Positions 11,248 through 24,818 of a DNA stretch of 64,000 nucleotides are shown here, in pieces. A program made the translations under genes and the position numbers. The notes under the pieces are model-generated. The model searched no databases. It saw only the letters and a list, made by a program, of their open reading frames with translations, and was not told where the DNA came from. The stretch covers positions 5,084,001-5,148,000 of the forward strand of contig OZ361256.1 of NCBI GenBank assembly GCA_977018835.1, in the 5' to 3' direction. Source of the DNA: Minutocellus sp. GHC0000111 (Eukaryota). Positions within the stretch are counted from its first letter, which is position 1; the number at the start of each line of letters is the position of its first letter.

Positions 11248-14200
11248 ATGGCCTCGCAGCCGCAGCAGCAGCAGCAGCACCTCCTGGCCTCGTCGGAGAG
11301 CGATCTCTTCGCCGAGCGCGACAAGGCCTACCGGCTGGTCCAGCACCTGGCGTCCACCGCCGGCAATGACGTCCGCCAAAATTATTGTTTGAATGACGAT
11401 GAGCCACACAATAATCACAGGAACGCTGATGCTGACCCAACCGCCACCGCCAACAATAGCAATGCGCCCGTTGCCGACCTGTCCCGGTTCCGGACCATCC
11501 TGGATGCATACCAGGAATGTCCGACGTTGCTCGATGCGCATCTGGAGCGGATGGCCTCGGCCCTGGCCCAAGGGGCGCGGACCATGGTGCACGAGCTGTT
11601 TGTCGTCTGTCGGTGCAGTGACAATAGTAACAATGATGGTACCGTGGACGAGGTCACAGAGGCTCGCACCGCCACCGCGACGGCCACGGCCGCCCGGCTC
11701 TTGCAGCGGCTGCGCTACCCCCTGTCGGCGCTGTACGCATTGTCCAAGGTCCGCGGACGGAAGCAGGTCCAAAAGTTTTTGCCCCACGGCGCCGACGACG
11801 TGGAGCCGGTCCTCCATGTGCTGCGGTTGGTCGGGATGGTGGATGCGATGGATCGGGATACTACTACTACTAGTACTTCGTGTGACAAAGATGATAATGA
11901 TGATGAGAATTGCGCCGGACCAGATGCGGAGCGGTCCATTGCATTGGCAGCAGCTGCATCGACGCCAACACCGACATCAATATCACCAAAGAGCAGTGCC
12001 GCTGGCGATGGAATGACCTTCCCATCGACTCATTCCGGTGGCAGTACTACCACGTGCCGCAGTAGTAGTAGTGGGTGGGACGCTACCGCCGACGGAGAGG
12101 CGCAGTGGTGGGAATCCACCTACGTACTCCTCATGTGGTTGGGGATGCTGAGCCTCGTCCCCTTTGATCTGACCGTCATGGACAGTCACGGTGAGGGTGA
12201 GGGTGGGGATGACACCAAGGCCACCACACTGGCCTCGTCGATCCTGTCCACCTCGAGGTCGCACCTGTCCGATCCGGGACCGACCCGCGATGCCGCCGCG
12301 GCCTGCTTGGCGTCCCTGCTATCCCGCCCGGATTTGGAATCGCATCACCTCGAGGAGTTTGCCCACTGGAGTCACGGTGTGATGGACCGCTACCTCCATC
12401 AGCAACAGCACCACACCACAAGAGCAGCAACAGCAACAGCAGCAGGTACCGCCTTGGAACCGTACGATCCTAAACTACCGTTGCTCATCATTGGGACGGT
12501 CCAAACGCTGGCGCAGATCTATAAATCGGGAACTAGGTCGAACCTGATGGGCGAACGACATTTGATCACCGTCGAACGGTTGTGGACCAGTGCCATATTG
12601 GTGGCCGACGCGGCGGCTCCTTCGGGACGGGGAGGTCGAAGGAACAAGAACAATAAGAACAAAAGCGGTCCACGATCATGTAGCGGTGGTGGATCTCCTC
12701 TGCTTCGGAAGCTCTTGACCAAGCTATTTGCGAGGGTGGGGGCCTCGTATTTGCCCCCTCGGGTGGCTAGCTGGAGGTATGAGCGTGGCGGCCGACGCTC
12801 TCTTCTTGCTAATTTGGCTTCCTCGGGGTCAGGTTCGGGGTCTGATTCTTCACGTGCAGCCAAACAGCAACAATTGCCGAGTGGAAATAGAGATGACAAT
12901 GACGGGGTAATATCATCTCCGTCCACAGCGAGCAAGGAGACTTCGGTGGGGGGGGCTGTTGATGAATTATTTCACGTTCCGGACGAGGTAGAGGATGCCA
13001 TGGCCCAGCTTTTGCTTTCGTTGACTGATCCTTCTACCGTGGTGCGATGGTCGGCTGCGAAGGGGGTCGGCAGGATCACGGAACGGCTTCCGGCGATATG
13101 CGCAGATGATGTTCTGGATGCGATTCTATCCAACCTGTTTGCGGATGAGGAGCGTGACGGTGCCTGGCATGGTGGCTGTCTCTGTCTGGCAGAGCTTGCC
13201 AGACGTGGCCTTTTGCTACCAAAGAGACTTGGCGAGGTCGTTCCTGTCGTACTCAAGGCCACTCAGTATGACGTTCGGCGGGGACAGCACAGTGTTGGGG
13301 CGCATGTTCGGGATGCAGCGTCGTATGCTTGTTGGGCATTTGCAAGAGCGTACTCTGCGGAGGTCCTTCGGCCGTACATCCCGTCGTTGGCTGAAGCGAT
13401 TGTTCTGGCCAGTCTCTTTGATCGGGAAGTAAATTGTAGACGAGCGGCAAGTGCGGCGTTTCAAGAGTGTGTTGGTCGACAAGGCGCAGACAACTTTAAG
13501 CATGGGATTGATGTGCTGCAAGCAGCAGATTATTTTTCCTTGGGCAATCGAACGGACGCATACACATCAGTCGCTATTCACATTGCTACATTCGATGAGT
13601 ACCGCCGTCCGATCATTCGTCACCTCTACAGAGCCAAGCTGAATCACTGGGATAGCGACATCCGTATCCTCGCCTCGAAAGCGCTGCATAATTTGACTTC
13701 TTTGGACGCAACCTACTTCGCCAGCGATGTCCTTCCTGAACTTGTTGGGAAGTGCACAGACACGAATCTAACGCTTCGCCACGGCGCCATCCTTGGGTGT
13801 GCAGAGATTCTTCTTGCTCTAGGAAATGTTAGGGATTCACAGCAGCATAATAATTCGAGCATCTCGTCTGTTGAGGATGGCAAAATTGGTCTGGGAATCT
13901 CAGATTCAACAGCTGAATCTCTCGCCGAGCTAGTTTCTGAGATCGAGAGGGCAAGGTTGTATCGAGGTCGAGGTGGAGAGATGATGCGTTCGGCAGTAGC
14001 GCGATTCATCGAGTGCCTATCCCTTTGTCGTCTACCCTTGACGGTCAAGCAACAGGTGAAGTTGCTTGATTCGGTCGATACATGTCTCAAGCATCCAAAA
14101 GAAGAAATCCAAGAAGTAGCAGCGGCAGCTCTTGGCGCACTTACTCGAAGTTACTTTCCCGTTGGACCAAACGGGCCATCCGATCGGCTCCAGAAGCGTG

Positions 14201-15799
14201 TTGTTGACAAGTATGTTGATATTCTTCGCACCGAGGATAATCCGGCAGCTAGTCGTGGCTTCGCCCTTGCCCTGGGTCGTCTTCCAAAGAAACTTCTTGC
14301 TCCATCCCCGAAGGTTCTTGACAAAGTTCTTGATTCCTTGGCGAATGCGGCCATGATCGACAGCAAGGTTGGTGACGAGGGGGACGCCGAAACTAGACGT
14401 AATGCAATCATATCCATCGTTGGGGTGTGCAACGAAGTTGGTTTTTCGGGATCGTTCACAGGGTCAAATAATGTGCCTGTGCGGAAAGAAAATATTGCAG
14501 TGGCCTTCGATTCGCTCCTTTCGTCGATGGAGGACTACAATACAGATAGAAGAGGAGACGTCGGATCTTGGTGTCGTATTGCCGCTATGAATGGGCTTAA
14601 GGATCTTACTCTGTTGGCAATCACGGGAGAGGATGTACATGTACCATGTGAGGGCGGCGTCACCACTACAACACTATATTTTGATGAGGAAAGATGCATT
14701 CGAGTAATTGGGACGCTATTGAAGCAGCTCTCAGAGAAGCTGGATAGTGTACGGATGTGCGCTGGAACTTGTCTCGAAAAGCTTTTGCGTTCTGAGGAGC
14801 CCACCATTCCTTTCATCCCGGGTCGATCAGCGTTGGAAAAGGCGCTTGGTCTTCAAGAACAAGATCATATCAACTGGGCCAATCCATCGGTTACATTCCC
14901 AATGGTGATGCAATCTGCCTCTATTGTTGGCTTATTTGAATACATCGTTGCAGGCATGGTAATCAGTGTTGGTGGGCTTACCGAAAGTGTTACGAAGAGC
15001 TCAACGTCTGCCTTGCTGGAGTGGACCAGAGGACCTAATGGTGATGGCAAGAGGCTGGGAGACAGTAAGTCGGCTTGTTGGGTCTTCCGCATATCATATG
15101 GTTCATCTACAGAAAACATTGAAAGTTTTGACATTCCTTTCTAACATCGTGTTTGTTGCTTCTCTTTCGTATTCAATTTTCCCACGCTATTTAGCCCTTC
15201 TAAAGCTTTTTGAGCTCCACAGAAAGGACGGTAGAGTAATTCTTCCTCTGCTCAAGACTCTGGATGTGCTGCTCTCCCATGGTGTATTTGATTCTCTCAT
15301 GAAGGACTCCGATATTGATTTCTCGTCGAAACTAATGGCGCAGCTTCGAATGGAATGCAGAGGATGCCGCGATGTTCAGAGATTGGTGGCTGCGGTCTCC
15401 GTTGCTCTCGGCTTGATTGTATCCGATCAAACTAGAGTGGTGAAGGAGGATGTGCTACCCTTTTTGATGATTATGCTTGCTCATCGGTATCCTCGCGTTC
15501 GGAGGTGGACCGCAGAGCAGCTGTATGTGCACTTGCTTGAAGGTGGCTCCGCTACGAGCGGTAGGTGCAATGATGGAGGTATTGATCGAGCCATGGAATT
15601 ACTCATGGAAGTATCGTGGGATGATGATCTTGACTCTCCGGGTAACGTGAGAGATTCTAGGAATTGCGTTGCAGATTTCCTTGGAATTCAGCTAACTGAG
15701 AAAGAACGGAATGGGATTCAGAAGAAGGCCATTCAGAAGACTGGAGCAATTGATGAGTTCGCAAGCTACGCAAGCCTTGTTGATGCCGCGGGGAGGTAA
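11248..15799 (+). CDS. TBCD: Tubulin-specific chaperone D (cofactor D); intron 15065-15194
   Basis: VVRWSAAKGVGRI, AWHGGCLCLAELARRGLLLP, DREVNCRRAASAAFQECVGR and DYNTDRRGDVGSW motifs. A GTAAGT...TTAG intron joins the two ORFs in phase. Confidence 0.95.
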
Positions 15800-16056
15800 T
15801 AAGGATTAGAAACACATAATTTTGTTACATAGCAGATTCCCTTGCTGCCTAGCGCATGCACCTCGACATATTAATACCTTACTACGGGTGGACATAATCT
15901 CTTCGCACCTCCAGCCCGTATTGCCTCTATCCGATCTGATGGATACTTCATTCCACGGGATATTTATGTATTTCGTGGATTTCCTGTGTTCTCAATTTCC
16001 TGCGATGATATTCCCCCTAGTCTAGATTGTGACAAAATCAAGATAAAGGTACCAGA

Positions 16057-16194
16057 CCTTATGCCCCACGCTGGATTGGTATAATTGTATTCGGACAATT
16101 GTCCCTAAAACCCTACAATCTGGACTTCCCTTCCGTTTCTAACCCTTATGCCCCACGCTGGATTGGTATAATTGTATTCGGACAATTGTCCCTA
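16057..16194 (+). repeat. 51-bp perfect direct repeat (16057-16107 and 16144-16194)
   Basis: CCTTATGCCCCACGCTGGATTGGTATAATTGTATTCGGACAATTGTCCCTA occurs twice with a 36-bp spacer. Confidence 0.9.
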
Positions 16195-16390
16195 CAATTC
16201 CACGAAATGTTTTTTCTGGCCAAACCTTAAATCTTGAGGGTCTTCATAGCACAATCGTATCTTTCTCATCGTTCTCGGCACAGATTCTTGGGTCTTCATA
16301 GCACAATCACATCGTTTAGTTTTGCTCATAATTGTGGTTTCCATCGATTACCCATCAGTTCACATATAATTAATTCAAATTATGCACAGT

Positions 16391-18873
16391 ATGAAGCTCG
16401 ACATTCCAACCTTCTTTTGCTTTATCCTGGCTTCTACTATATTCAGTCAAGCTTGGGCTAAAATCAATCCATGGGCTGGAATCCGAGGTGCCGAGAAACA
16501 ACTTCCACGTTCTTCTTGTCCAAGTTGCAATGGTATCGTGGAGGGACTTGGTAGTAGCGACTACGACATCAACTTCAATGAAACACTTGGACAAGGCAAG
16601 TGCGGTTGCAATTTTGGAGTTTGTAAATCCACCAGTGCCTGGCCGTCACTTGTAGCTTTTACTGGATACTCTGTCGATGAGTGCACAGTTAGTTATACCT
16701 TTGATGTCACATCGGCCGACTCCAATGCAATTTCTCACGGTGAGTGAAAAACTTCAGTGCAAAATCTTGTGTGTTCTTTGTGCCTAGCTAGGTACAGTAT
16801 TTTCCTCATTCATTTCTTTGCATTCATCCTTCCTCGTTATATCTCAGTAACGGCAGCTTGGGCGACTAATTGCTGCCTTCAGAGCTTCACGAGCTCAGTT
16901 GGCGTAGCTGATGATTCAATTGCAGAAGATCCAACGGTGTGTGCTGTTGGAGTGAAAAATGAAGCAAGTTTTTCAGATGGAGAGACGAGAAACTTCACCT
17001 TGACATTTGACAAGAAGGCGGTTCTAGATTATTTCTCAGGATCGATTGCAATCATTTTCAAGGGAGGGACACCCCAATCTGGTCACTGCCCGAAAGAGAA
17101 CCTTTCAAGGAATTCAACAATTGTGTCCAGAATTTGCCCGGACCACGATGTGAAAATCACCAGCCTGTCACCTCTGGTGACATTTTTTCGCCAAGCGCAT
17201 CCCCATCAACGTTGCCGTCGGTAATTCTTTCTCCAGCTCCTTCGAAGTCAACGACGGGACAGCCAACTAACTTACCGTCTCTGGAGCCTAGTAGCTCACC
17301 GTCGAGTACACCGTCGTCAGAGCCAAGCAGTGATCCGAGCTCATCGCCGTCGTCTGAGCCCAGCAGTGAGCCCAGCTCGTCTCCTTCGAGTACGCCTAGC
17401 TCGTCGCCGTCGTCTGACCCTTCGAGCGAAGAACCCAGCGATGTGCCGTCGTCGATGCCGTCGGTAGTACCTACTTTGGGACCGACGGTTCAGCTGAGCA
17501 ATATACCCAGCGATGTGCAGTCGTCGATACCTAGCAGTGAACCCAGCTCATCTCCATCGTCAGAGCCGAGTATGGAGCCTAGCTCATCGCCATCGTCAAT
17601 GCCGTCGGTAATGCCCACTTTCGGACAGACGGCACCGCCGAGCGACGTACCCAGCGATGTGCCGAGTAATGTGCCGTCGGCTGACCCTTCGAGTGAGCCC
17701 AGCTTGTCTCCGTCATCGATGCCATCGGAAGTACCTACTATGGGACCGACGGTGAACCCGAGCGACATACCGTCTTTGAGGCCATCCATAGATCTTTTAG
17801 TTTTTCCAAGCGTGCCTCCTTCGTCAAAGGTACTCCTTCCCGAAGGCGACAATAATTTTGATGGCACACACCATGGTGTTGACTTTATGGACGACGAAAT
17901 TTGTTTTATTCAAATACAGGAGGATGGGTGCCTATCTTCGGCGTGCTCGTCTCAGAATACAGCCCAAAATTCTTGCCTATGCAAGGGTAAAATCCTGGAT
18001 ACAACTTTAAGCGTTCTGGGCGGTGTTTCGTTTCCCGGAAAAAGCTACCTCATCATCAACACTGGCTGTTCTAGATCGGTCTTCAATCTTCCTCTTTATC
18101 ACGGCGAAGCCATCGCTTTTGGGTGTTCCGAGGGAAATTTTGGCTCAAAATCTTTTTTCTGTGCCTCTGACAACATCGATCTACCTTGTGACAACATTGA
18201 CTCGGATGACATCATCGAGATTTCCCATACGTCCTGCTCCGCTGTGTATGTGGCCGGACATCCGGCGCCTCTGGATGTTAACAGTCCAAATTGTCAAGAC
18301 AGTGAAAAAGGTGATCCGTCGCATTTTTTCCTAGTCAAAGACTTCAACGAGATCAACAAGGACACTGGAGAGATTAGATTCGTTTCAAGCGAATTGGACC
18401 TGGATCCGGATTGGCAAGTGCTGAGTGCACCAGGCAGTGAAAATATTATCACCACGGTCGTAGCAGATGGCGACGTGGCGCAGACACCCGCCCCAGTCTC
18501 TGCTCCAACCTTGAAAGAAACAAAGAGCGGAAAACGAACTCGCGCGCTTGATGTAGGTGACATCGGTTACCCTCGCCGCCGCAGGACAAAAAGCACCAAA
18601 AGCAACACCATTGATCCCAATCCTTTCATCGATGTAACCAAGCAGTATACCGTGACAAATCCTGCCAGTTCTATGAAGGCTCTTCTTGACGACGATTTAT
18701 ACAGCAACGGTGGGATTGAGATAGCCCCCGGAGAGGCTTTTACCTTTGTCGTTACATACCAAAATGTTGATACAACTAATCCTATGATTCCATCGGTTAC
18801 TGTAACTGCCAATGAAAACACTTGCGAATCGACTTCAGCCACACACTGCCCTGATGAAGATTCGACGCCCTGA
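16391..18873 (+). CDS. Secreted mucin-like protein with Pro/Ser tetrapeptide repeats flanked by Cys-rich domains; intron 16740-16847, frameshift near 17132
   Basis: Signal peptide MKLDIPTFFCFILASTIFSQAWA; GTGAGT...TCAG intron; (PSSE/PSSS/PSDV)n block at about 17280-17790. Confidence 0.75.
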
Positions 18874-19439
18874 AGTGGTCGCAGCAGCCAGAGTTAGAGA
18901 ACGCGGTCAATATCCCGCCCCAAATATTAGGAATTCCTACTCTCGTATTAACAAATACTTCCTTACCGGTTTATTATAAAAATAAACTACGTAGCTAGCT
19001 ACTAGCTAGGGCTCGTCTACATGTACATTGGTGCATAACATTCACAGCTCTCGAGCGAGTGAGTCGAGTCGAGTGAGTCTCGCAGAATTCGGCGAAGTGA
19101 CTTTACTTCGCCGAATGATTGCCCCGCCCTGAGCTGACGATGACCGACCCTGACCTGCCTGACCTCTCTCTCTTCTCGACCATCGCAAAGAGAAGTTCAA
19201 TAACTACCTACGTAGCTAGCTAGACAATTCGGGGGGCTTTGGATTGCAGACTGTATTGTCAGCTATTGCTAAGTTCCATATCCGTCTACTCGGAAGCAGA
19301 AGATTCAATTGGCCTGATTCGATTCGATTCGATTCATTCTATTTCGGTATTCGCATCGCTTGGCGCGCGCGCCAAACAAAAAAGTTCTGACAAGCGACTT
19401 CGAGACGCACTCCTGCACGAGCGACCCTACTGGCACGCC

Positions 19440-22400
19440 ATGTCAGAACGGAGGCTTCGATCAGGTAGTGTTGGGAGCGAGGGACAGCGCAGGGGGATCA
19501 TTCGGTTGAGTTCTCAGAGGTCCACGTCGATGCTGGTCGATGATGTCGACCATGCATCTACTAACAATCAAGCGGCGCCGCCTGGCGTCACCGCCGGCAA
19601 CGGCACCGGTGCCAGCAGAAGAAGGGCGTTGCCCATTCCGACGTTGCAGCATCTAACTCGAGAGGCTCTATTGTATGGTCTTGCCGATGGACATCCTGTC
19701 AGGTTGAGCCGAGTTGTTCGGGGCGAGATGAATGATGATGAGGTCATGCTGGCAGATCCAATTCCAATGCCTTCATCATGTCGGTCCGATGATGACTACG
19801 ACAACGACGACGATGATTGTGAACATCCAATGCCTCCAATGCAAATACCCTGTATTCCAGTATCGACAGCATTGCTATACGATCCATCATTTTGGAGTGG
19901 GCTGATATCAGAGGCAGCAAGGCGCCGACTGCTCTCGGATGAATTCCTAATTAGTCTGTGCGAATCGGGCATTCCACCGGCGCAACTGGAGCTACGAGGG
20001 GGCTTGACAGATGTGGCCGTTACCGACCGATTCTTGGTCAAGGCTCCGAGGGATGTTCCAGGCCAGGGGATGGCGATGTCTCAGCAGACCTTTGGGAGTG
20101 CATCGGAAATGCTCATTTCGTCTTTGCATCACTTGCGGCTTTCCGGGGGGTCGGAACGTGCATCCAGTGATATGGCAGTGGAGCGATTGGTTGGAGCAAA
20201 CGACCTTGAAACCTTTCTTCATAGGCTATCACGGTCAGCAGCGGACCTTGAAAGCTTGACGCTTGGCCCAAGTCTTTTGCTTCATGAGCTATCCAATACT
20301 TGGATTGGCAGTATCAAGGGGATATCTTCATTTTGTACCAGGCTTCGGTCACTTGAACTTCATGGGCTGGCCTTTGGAGGAACAGGAAGAAGTGACAGCG
20401 GATCAAGTATTGGTGGAACGACAGCACCCAGTAGTATAAGTGCTCTGTTCGAAGCGCTTGCGAGGAATTGTCAGACACTTGAACAGCTCTCCTTGGCGAG
20501 ATCTTCCGGGATCGAAGATAGACATTTACAGTCGCTTTTGTTGGAACTGAGAGATGGAACCATGTCCTGCCCGAATCTGAAAGATCTTGACTTGTCATAC
20601 ACCGGTGTGGGTCCTCTTGCCTTTTCGGCCCTATGTAGTCGACAATTGGGCTATCTTGATGAAGATGGCACAGACGATAGCAAGGGTATTCGAAAGCTTT
20701 GCCTCGACGGGACGGGTGTGGACCATTCGTGGTTGAAGCGAATATTGTCGTCGCTACCTCGGCTTGAGGATCTCTCAATATTGCATTGCTCCAATCTCGA
20801 GGCAGGACCGGAGATATGGGATATACTTGCCACTTCGTCTTGCAAGGAAATGAGATCGCAATTATTATCGCTGGCTGTTGAGCTATGGTTCTGCTCAGAT
20901 GAGATGTCACGTAGCGACAGCTTCCAGCGCTATTCCTGTGGATCAACATTATGATGATCATGAAATTGCTCTAGCAGCTCAGTACGATGAAATGAATCTG
21001 GAGGATTCTTTACCATTTCTACCAGACAGCACTGGTGATGATTTTATCAGTGGTGCATCGGAAGAGAGAGGGTGGTCATGCCGCCATTGTACCCTTATCA
21101 ACGAGAGTCAAGCCCACAGATGCGTTGCATGCAATGGACGAAGATATCCACATTCACCAGCCAGGAATGAAGATAGCACCGACGATAGTCTTGGTGATAT
21201 GGACGACGATGAAAATTTTAACCGAAAGCAAGCATCTTTATATGGCTTTCCGTCGCTTGGAAGACATCCGCTGCAATCATTCTCGGCAATTTTACACTTG
21301 GTGCGTGACGAAAGCGAAAATGCCACCACCGATCGAGAAGCGTCTGCTCAAGCGGCCACCGCGCTTTCTCAAAAGATTATCAATGCACTACCTGAAAAGC
21401 TTGTTCGTTTAAGTCTCTCGCTATACAACGGCGACGATAGTGGAATTTTATCGGATGGTTGTATTTTGAATAGCGATTTAGCATCCTCAATGCTCCAGCT
21501 GCACGGAACTACTTTGCAAGCGCTAGAACTCAAGTCAATTCGATTCAATGTGCCTCAAACGCTTCATGACATTTGCGTGGGATTCAAAGAGCTGAGAAGT
21601 CTCAAATTGTTTTGGTGTGCGCGAGTTTGGAATAACAACTGCTGAAATGTTGAGACTGATCTCGACATCTGGTGACCGTACCGCTGCGAGAGCGGGTTGT
21701 CCAAATCTTGAGATATTACAGATTTGCGTAAAAGATGATACCACGAGAATATCTTCTGAATACGGCACTGGCACCACCAATAGAAACGGTGAAGATGATG
21801 ACCAAAGTGACATTTGTTTCCGATCGTCATATCTCAAGAGATTATGGCTTGAAGGGTGTAATGACATTGTGAAGCTAGACTTGATGGAAGCACCTTCCAT
21901 CGAACGATTATCTCTCGTTAATTGTGGTTCTCTCACTCATCTGGGGATATTTGGATCCAATGGGGATGGACTCAGTACGGTGAGCTCGAAGAAACTTTCA
22001 ATGCATCAATGCGACCTTCGTAAACCGGCTTGACTAGTACTAATATTCCTTTCTGCCCTTTTCTGCCTCCCCCGCTACATTCACAGCTACAACGTCTCAG
22101 GATCAGGGGCACCAATCTCTCTCCGTATTCTATCGCGTCGCTGAAGTTGCCGCATCTGACAAAATTGGTTCTTGAAGCCATGGCCCATAATGAAGATTGG
22201 GAGATAGCGAAGATGATGGAGTTTTCATCTGAGAGCTTGACAGAACTGCGCATCAAGCACTGTCGCTTGCTCGGTGATTATCAGCAATGGTGTCCTCAAA
22301 GTCCTACATGTACAGGTTCGGACCAGTCATTGAGTGTGTTGGAACTTTTTCGGCCATCGGAATCCTTTGATGTAGTCAATTTTCAGAAGCAATTTGTCTC

Positions 22401-24660
22401 GGGAAAGCTCCGCGATCTGTCTATTTGCGAGGCCTCTGGCCTACAAGGTGATATTTATGGCCTTGCTACTGCAAATATGTCTCCCTCAAAGGCTGTTTCC
22501 AACGTGCTCGGGGATGGCTTGCCCAAGTCTGTTGATGGAAATTCATTGGGGGTTGTTCCCACCCCCAATAGTATTGGGGGAGGAGCAATCGATGAGACTA
22601 GTAGCCTTGCGGCAACGGAGATGCTCGGAGGTCGAGCTATCGATAGAATTTTGCTTGACTTTATTGAGAGGTCTCGCAACGGCGGTAGTGACGAGTATGG
22701 CTTCCCGCCCACTTTGAACGCTTTCCAGCGCAAGCGTGTACACGAGCGCGCCGAGGTGTTGAATCTCGAACACGAAAGTGTGCGTCTTAATACTGGGGTG
22801 AAGGTTGTGCGTGTTAGGAGACGAACAGCCACTGAAGCAGCAGATTTATTTGAGGAAGAACGTGAGGGCTCAACAACAGTTGGTGCGAACAATGTTGTCG
22901 ATACCAACGAAGCAGCTGCTGTAACTCCAGAGCAACAACAAAGGGCCCCAGTCAATGTAGAACCCCAGACTGTCCCTTCGAATCTTGAAAGGGCATTGTT
23001 GGCAGCTGCCGCTCCTCCTCCTCAAGTGACCTTTGCAGCGGACGTTGACAATAGTTCTACCAGTGAAGACGATGACAACGACAACGACTCAGAGAATGGA
23101 GATAGCGATGCTTTTTGTAGCGACGACGAGAGCAACAATAATGGCGGTGAAAGTACGCCCGCCACACCTTCACCACCCAGAGTTCGAGCGCGATCGCGTC
23201 GGGAGTTGAGAAAGGCAAAGCAAGCTGCAAAGAGAGGAGAGGTCTATCAATTCAAAGATGCCAGTGAGGACGGTATGGGCCGGACAAATGCCTCCGATAA
23301 TGAGAATGATGGCATAGATGATGATACCAACAATGCCTTTGATCCTCTCCTACAACAAGAACGCTTCGCTAGATTTGATCCCAAGGCACTTCGCAGACTC
23401 ATTGGCCTGGCACACAAGTTACCATTCGATTCAAATGGCACCGCCGTCTGTGTGCGATATCTACGCGGCGCTTGCCCGTACCAACATTCGAAGAATGGTG
23501 GCCAGTGCAGATACGCTCACTTTGACGTAAAGGCATCGACTGCCAAGAAATTTGCTCCGCTAATGGACTATGTTTGCGGTGCCGCGCATGCTGCTGCTCG
23601 CCCTTCGGTAGGGGGCAAAGAAAGCTCACGCCGAAAGAGTCGTGGCAATACCAGGAGCAATGAAGAACAAATGCTCGGGGCCAGCTACGGGAGTAATCCT
23701 GGTACTAGTAGTTACAACAGCGATGTCGGTGCAAACCTCATGGATATGCACGTCGGTAGCGGTGGAGGGGGGCGGGCTGGAGGCCGGCGACGTCGACGCA
23801 AGGGCAGCGTTGGCAACGAAGAGGATGCATTGGCATCAGAGGATGGATTATCATCTCGCGGTTCAAGTCCAGGGCGGAGTTGGCAAAGGCAATCCCTATT
23901 GTCCAGCAGTCCCCGAACTGGAATTGCTCTCGTGAGGAATGGCGGTATTGGAGGAACACCTCGACTGGACCTGAAACGATTGGTCAGGCTGGAAATCACA
24001 CGCTGTGAGAAGCTGACTGGTGCTTACCTCAATGCTCCATGCCTTGTTCGTCTGGGCATCCGCCAGTGTTCCTTCCTCAGAACACTTGACTTGACTGCAC
24101 CTCGCCTCACAACATTGGATGTCAGCGAATCCTTTCGCCTGGAAGAATTTCCTCTCCACGACGATAGCCTCCGAGGTCTACGAGTGGCAAATTTGAACGG
24201 GTGCAAGGCCCTGAACGAGGCGTTGTGAGTACACAGTACGCCTAGCTGGTCTAGGAAGTGGATCTTTCGACATCTATTCTTCTTGACGCCTCGTTGCCTT
24301 CCTCTTCTCATCTCATCTCAACTCACCACGCCGCTTCCTTGCTCTTTCTTCTCTCTCATCTTTCCCTGGACGCCCACCCGCAGTTGCTCTCGGCTCGTTA
24401 ATCACTGTCGCGCTTTGCGACAGCTGTATATTTTTGGTTCCGGAGCGTCAGAGAAGGCAAGCAATACCAAAATACGGACCAGGACAAAGACAAAGACAGC
24501 TCGTCTGGCTAAGCTGACGGCTGGCCGACCCAAGCTGACTCTCGTCAGCACCAAGATGCAACTGAAAAATGTTCAGGCCAAGAGGGAGGAGGTGGGTGGA
24601 CGTGGTAGCGGCTTTGTCGAGGAGGCCGATGGAGGCCTGCAGGGCTTGCAGCAGTACTAG
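19440..24660 (+). CDS. Large LRR protein containing a RanBP2-type zinc finger, an R3H domain and a CCCH zinc finger; introns 21980-22086 and 24225-24383; two frameshifts
   Basis: LRR motifs (CPNLKDLDLSYT, LPRLEDLSILHC); WSCRHCTLINESQAHRCVAC; FPPTLNAFQRKRVHERAEVLNLEHES; CVRYLRGAC...CRYAH. Both introns join in phase. Confidence 0.8.
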
Positions 24661-24818
24661 TCTAGTAGGTAGCTGATCGCTGTGGACGATTCTGCGAGAC
24701 ATTTGAAATCGGACTTCAATGGCGTCATCACTCACGATCAATTACATGTACGATCGTATCCGACGCTCTCAGTCAGCAGTCAGCAGTATCTCGAGACATC
24801 GGCATAACCCCCATCGAG

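Noticed and set aside
16057..16194. Repeat-spacer-repeat resembling a CRISPR unit
   Set aside because: Only two copies, 51 bp long, in a eukaryotic context with no cas genes.
17280..17790. Tandem 12-bp-period repeats
   Set aside because: These are coding Pro/Ser tetrapeptide repeats of the secreted protein, not an independent element.
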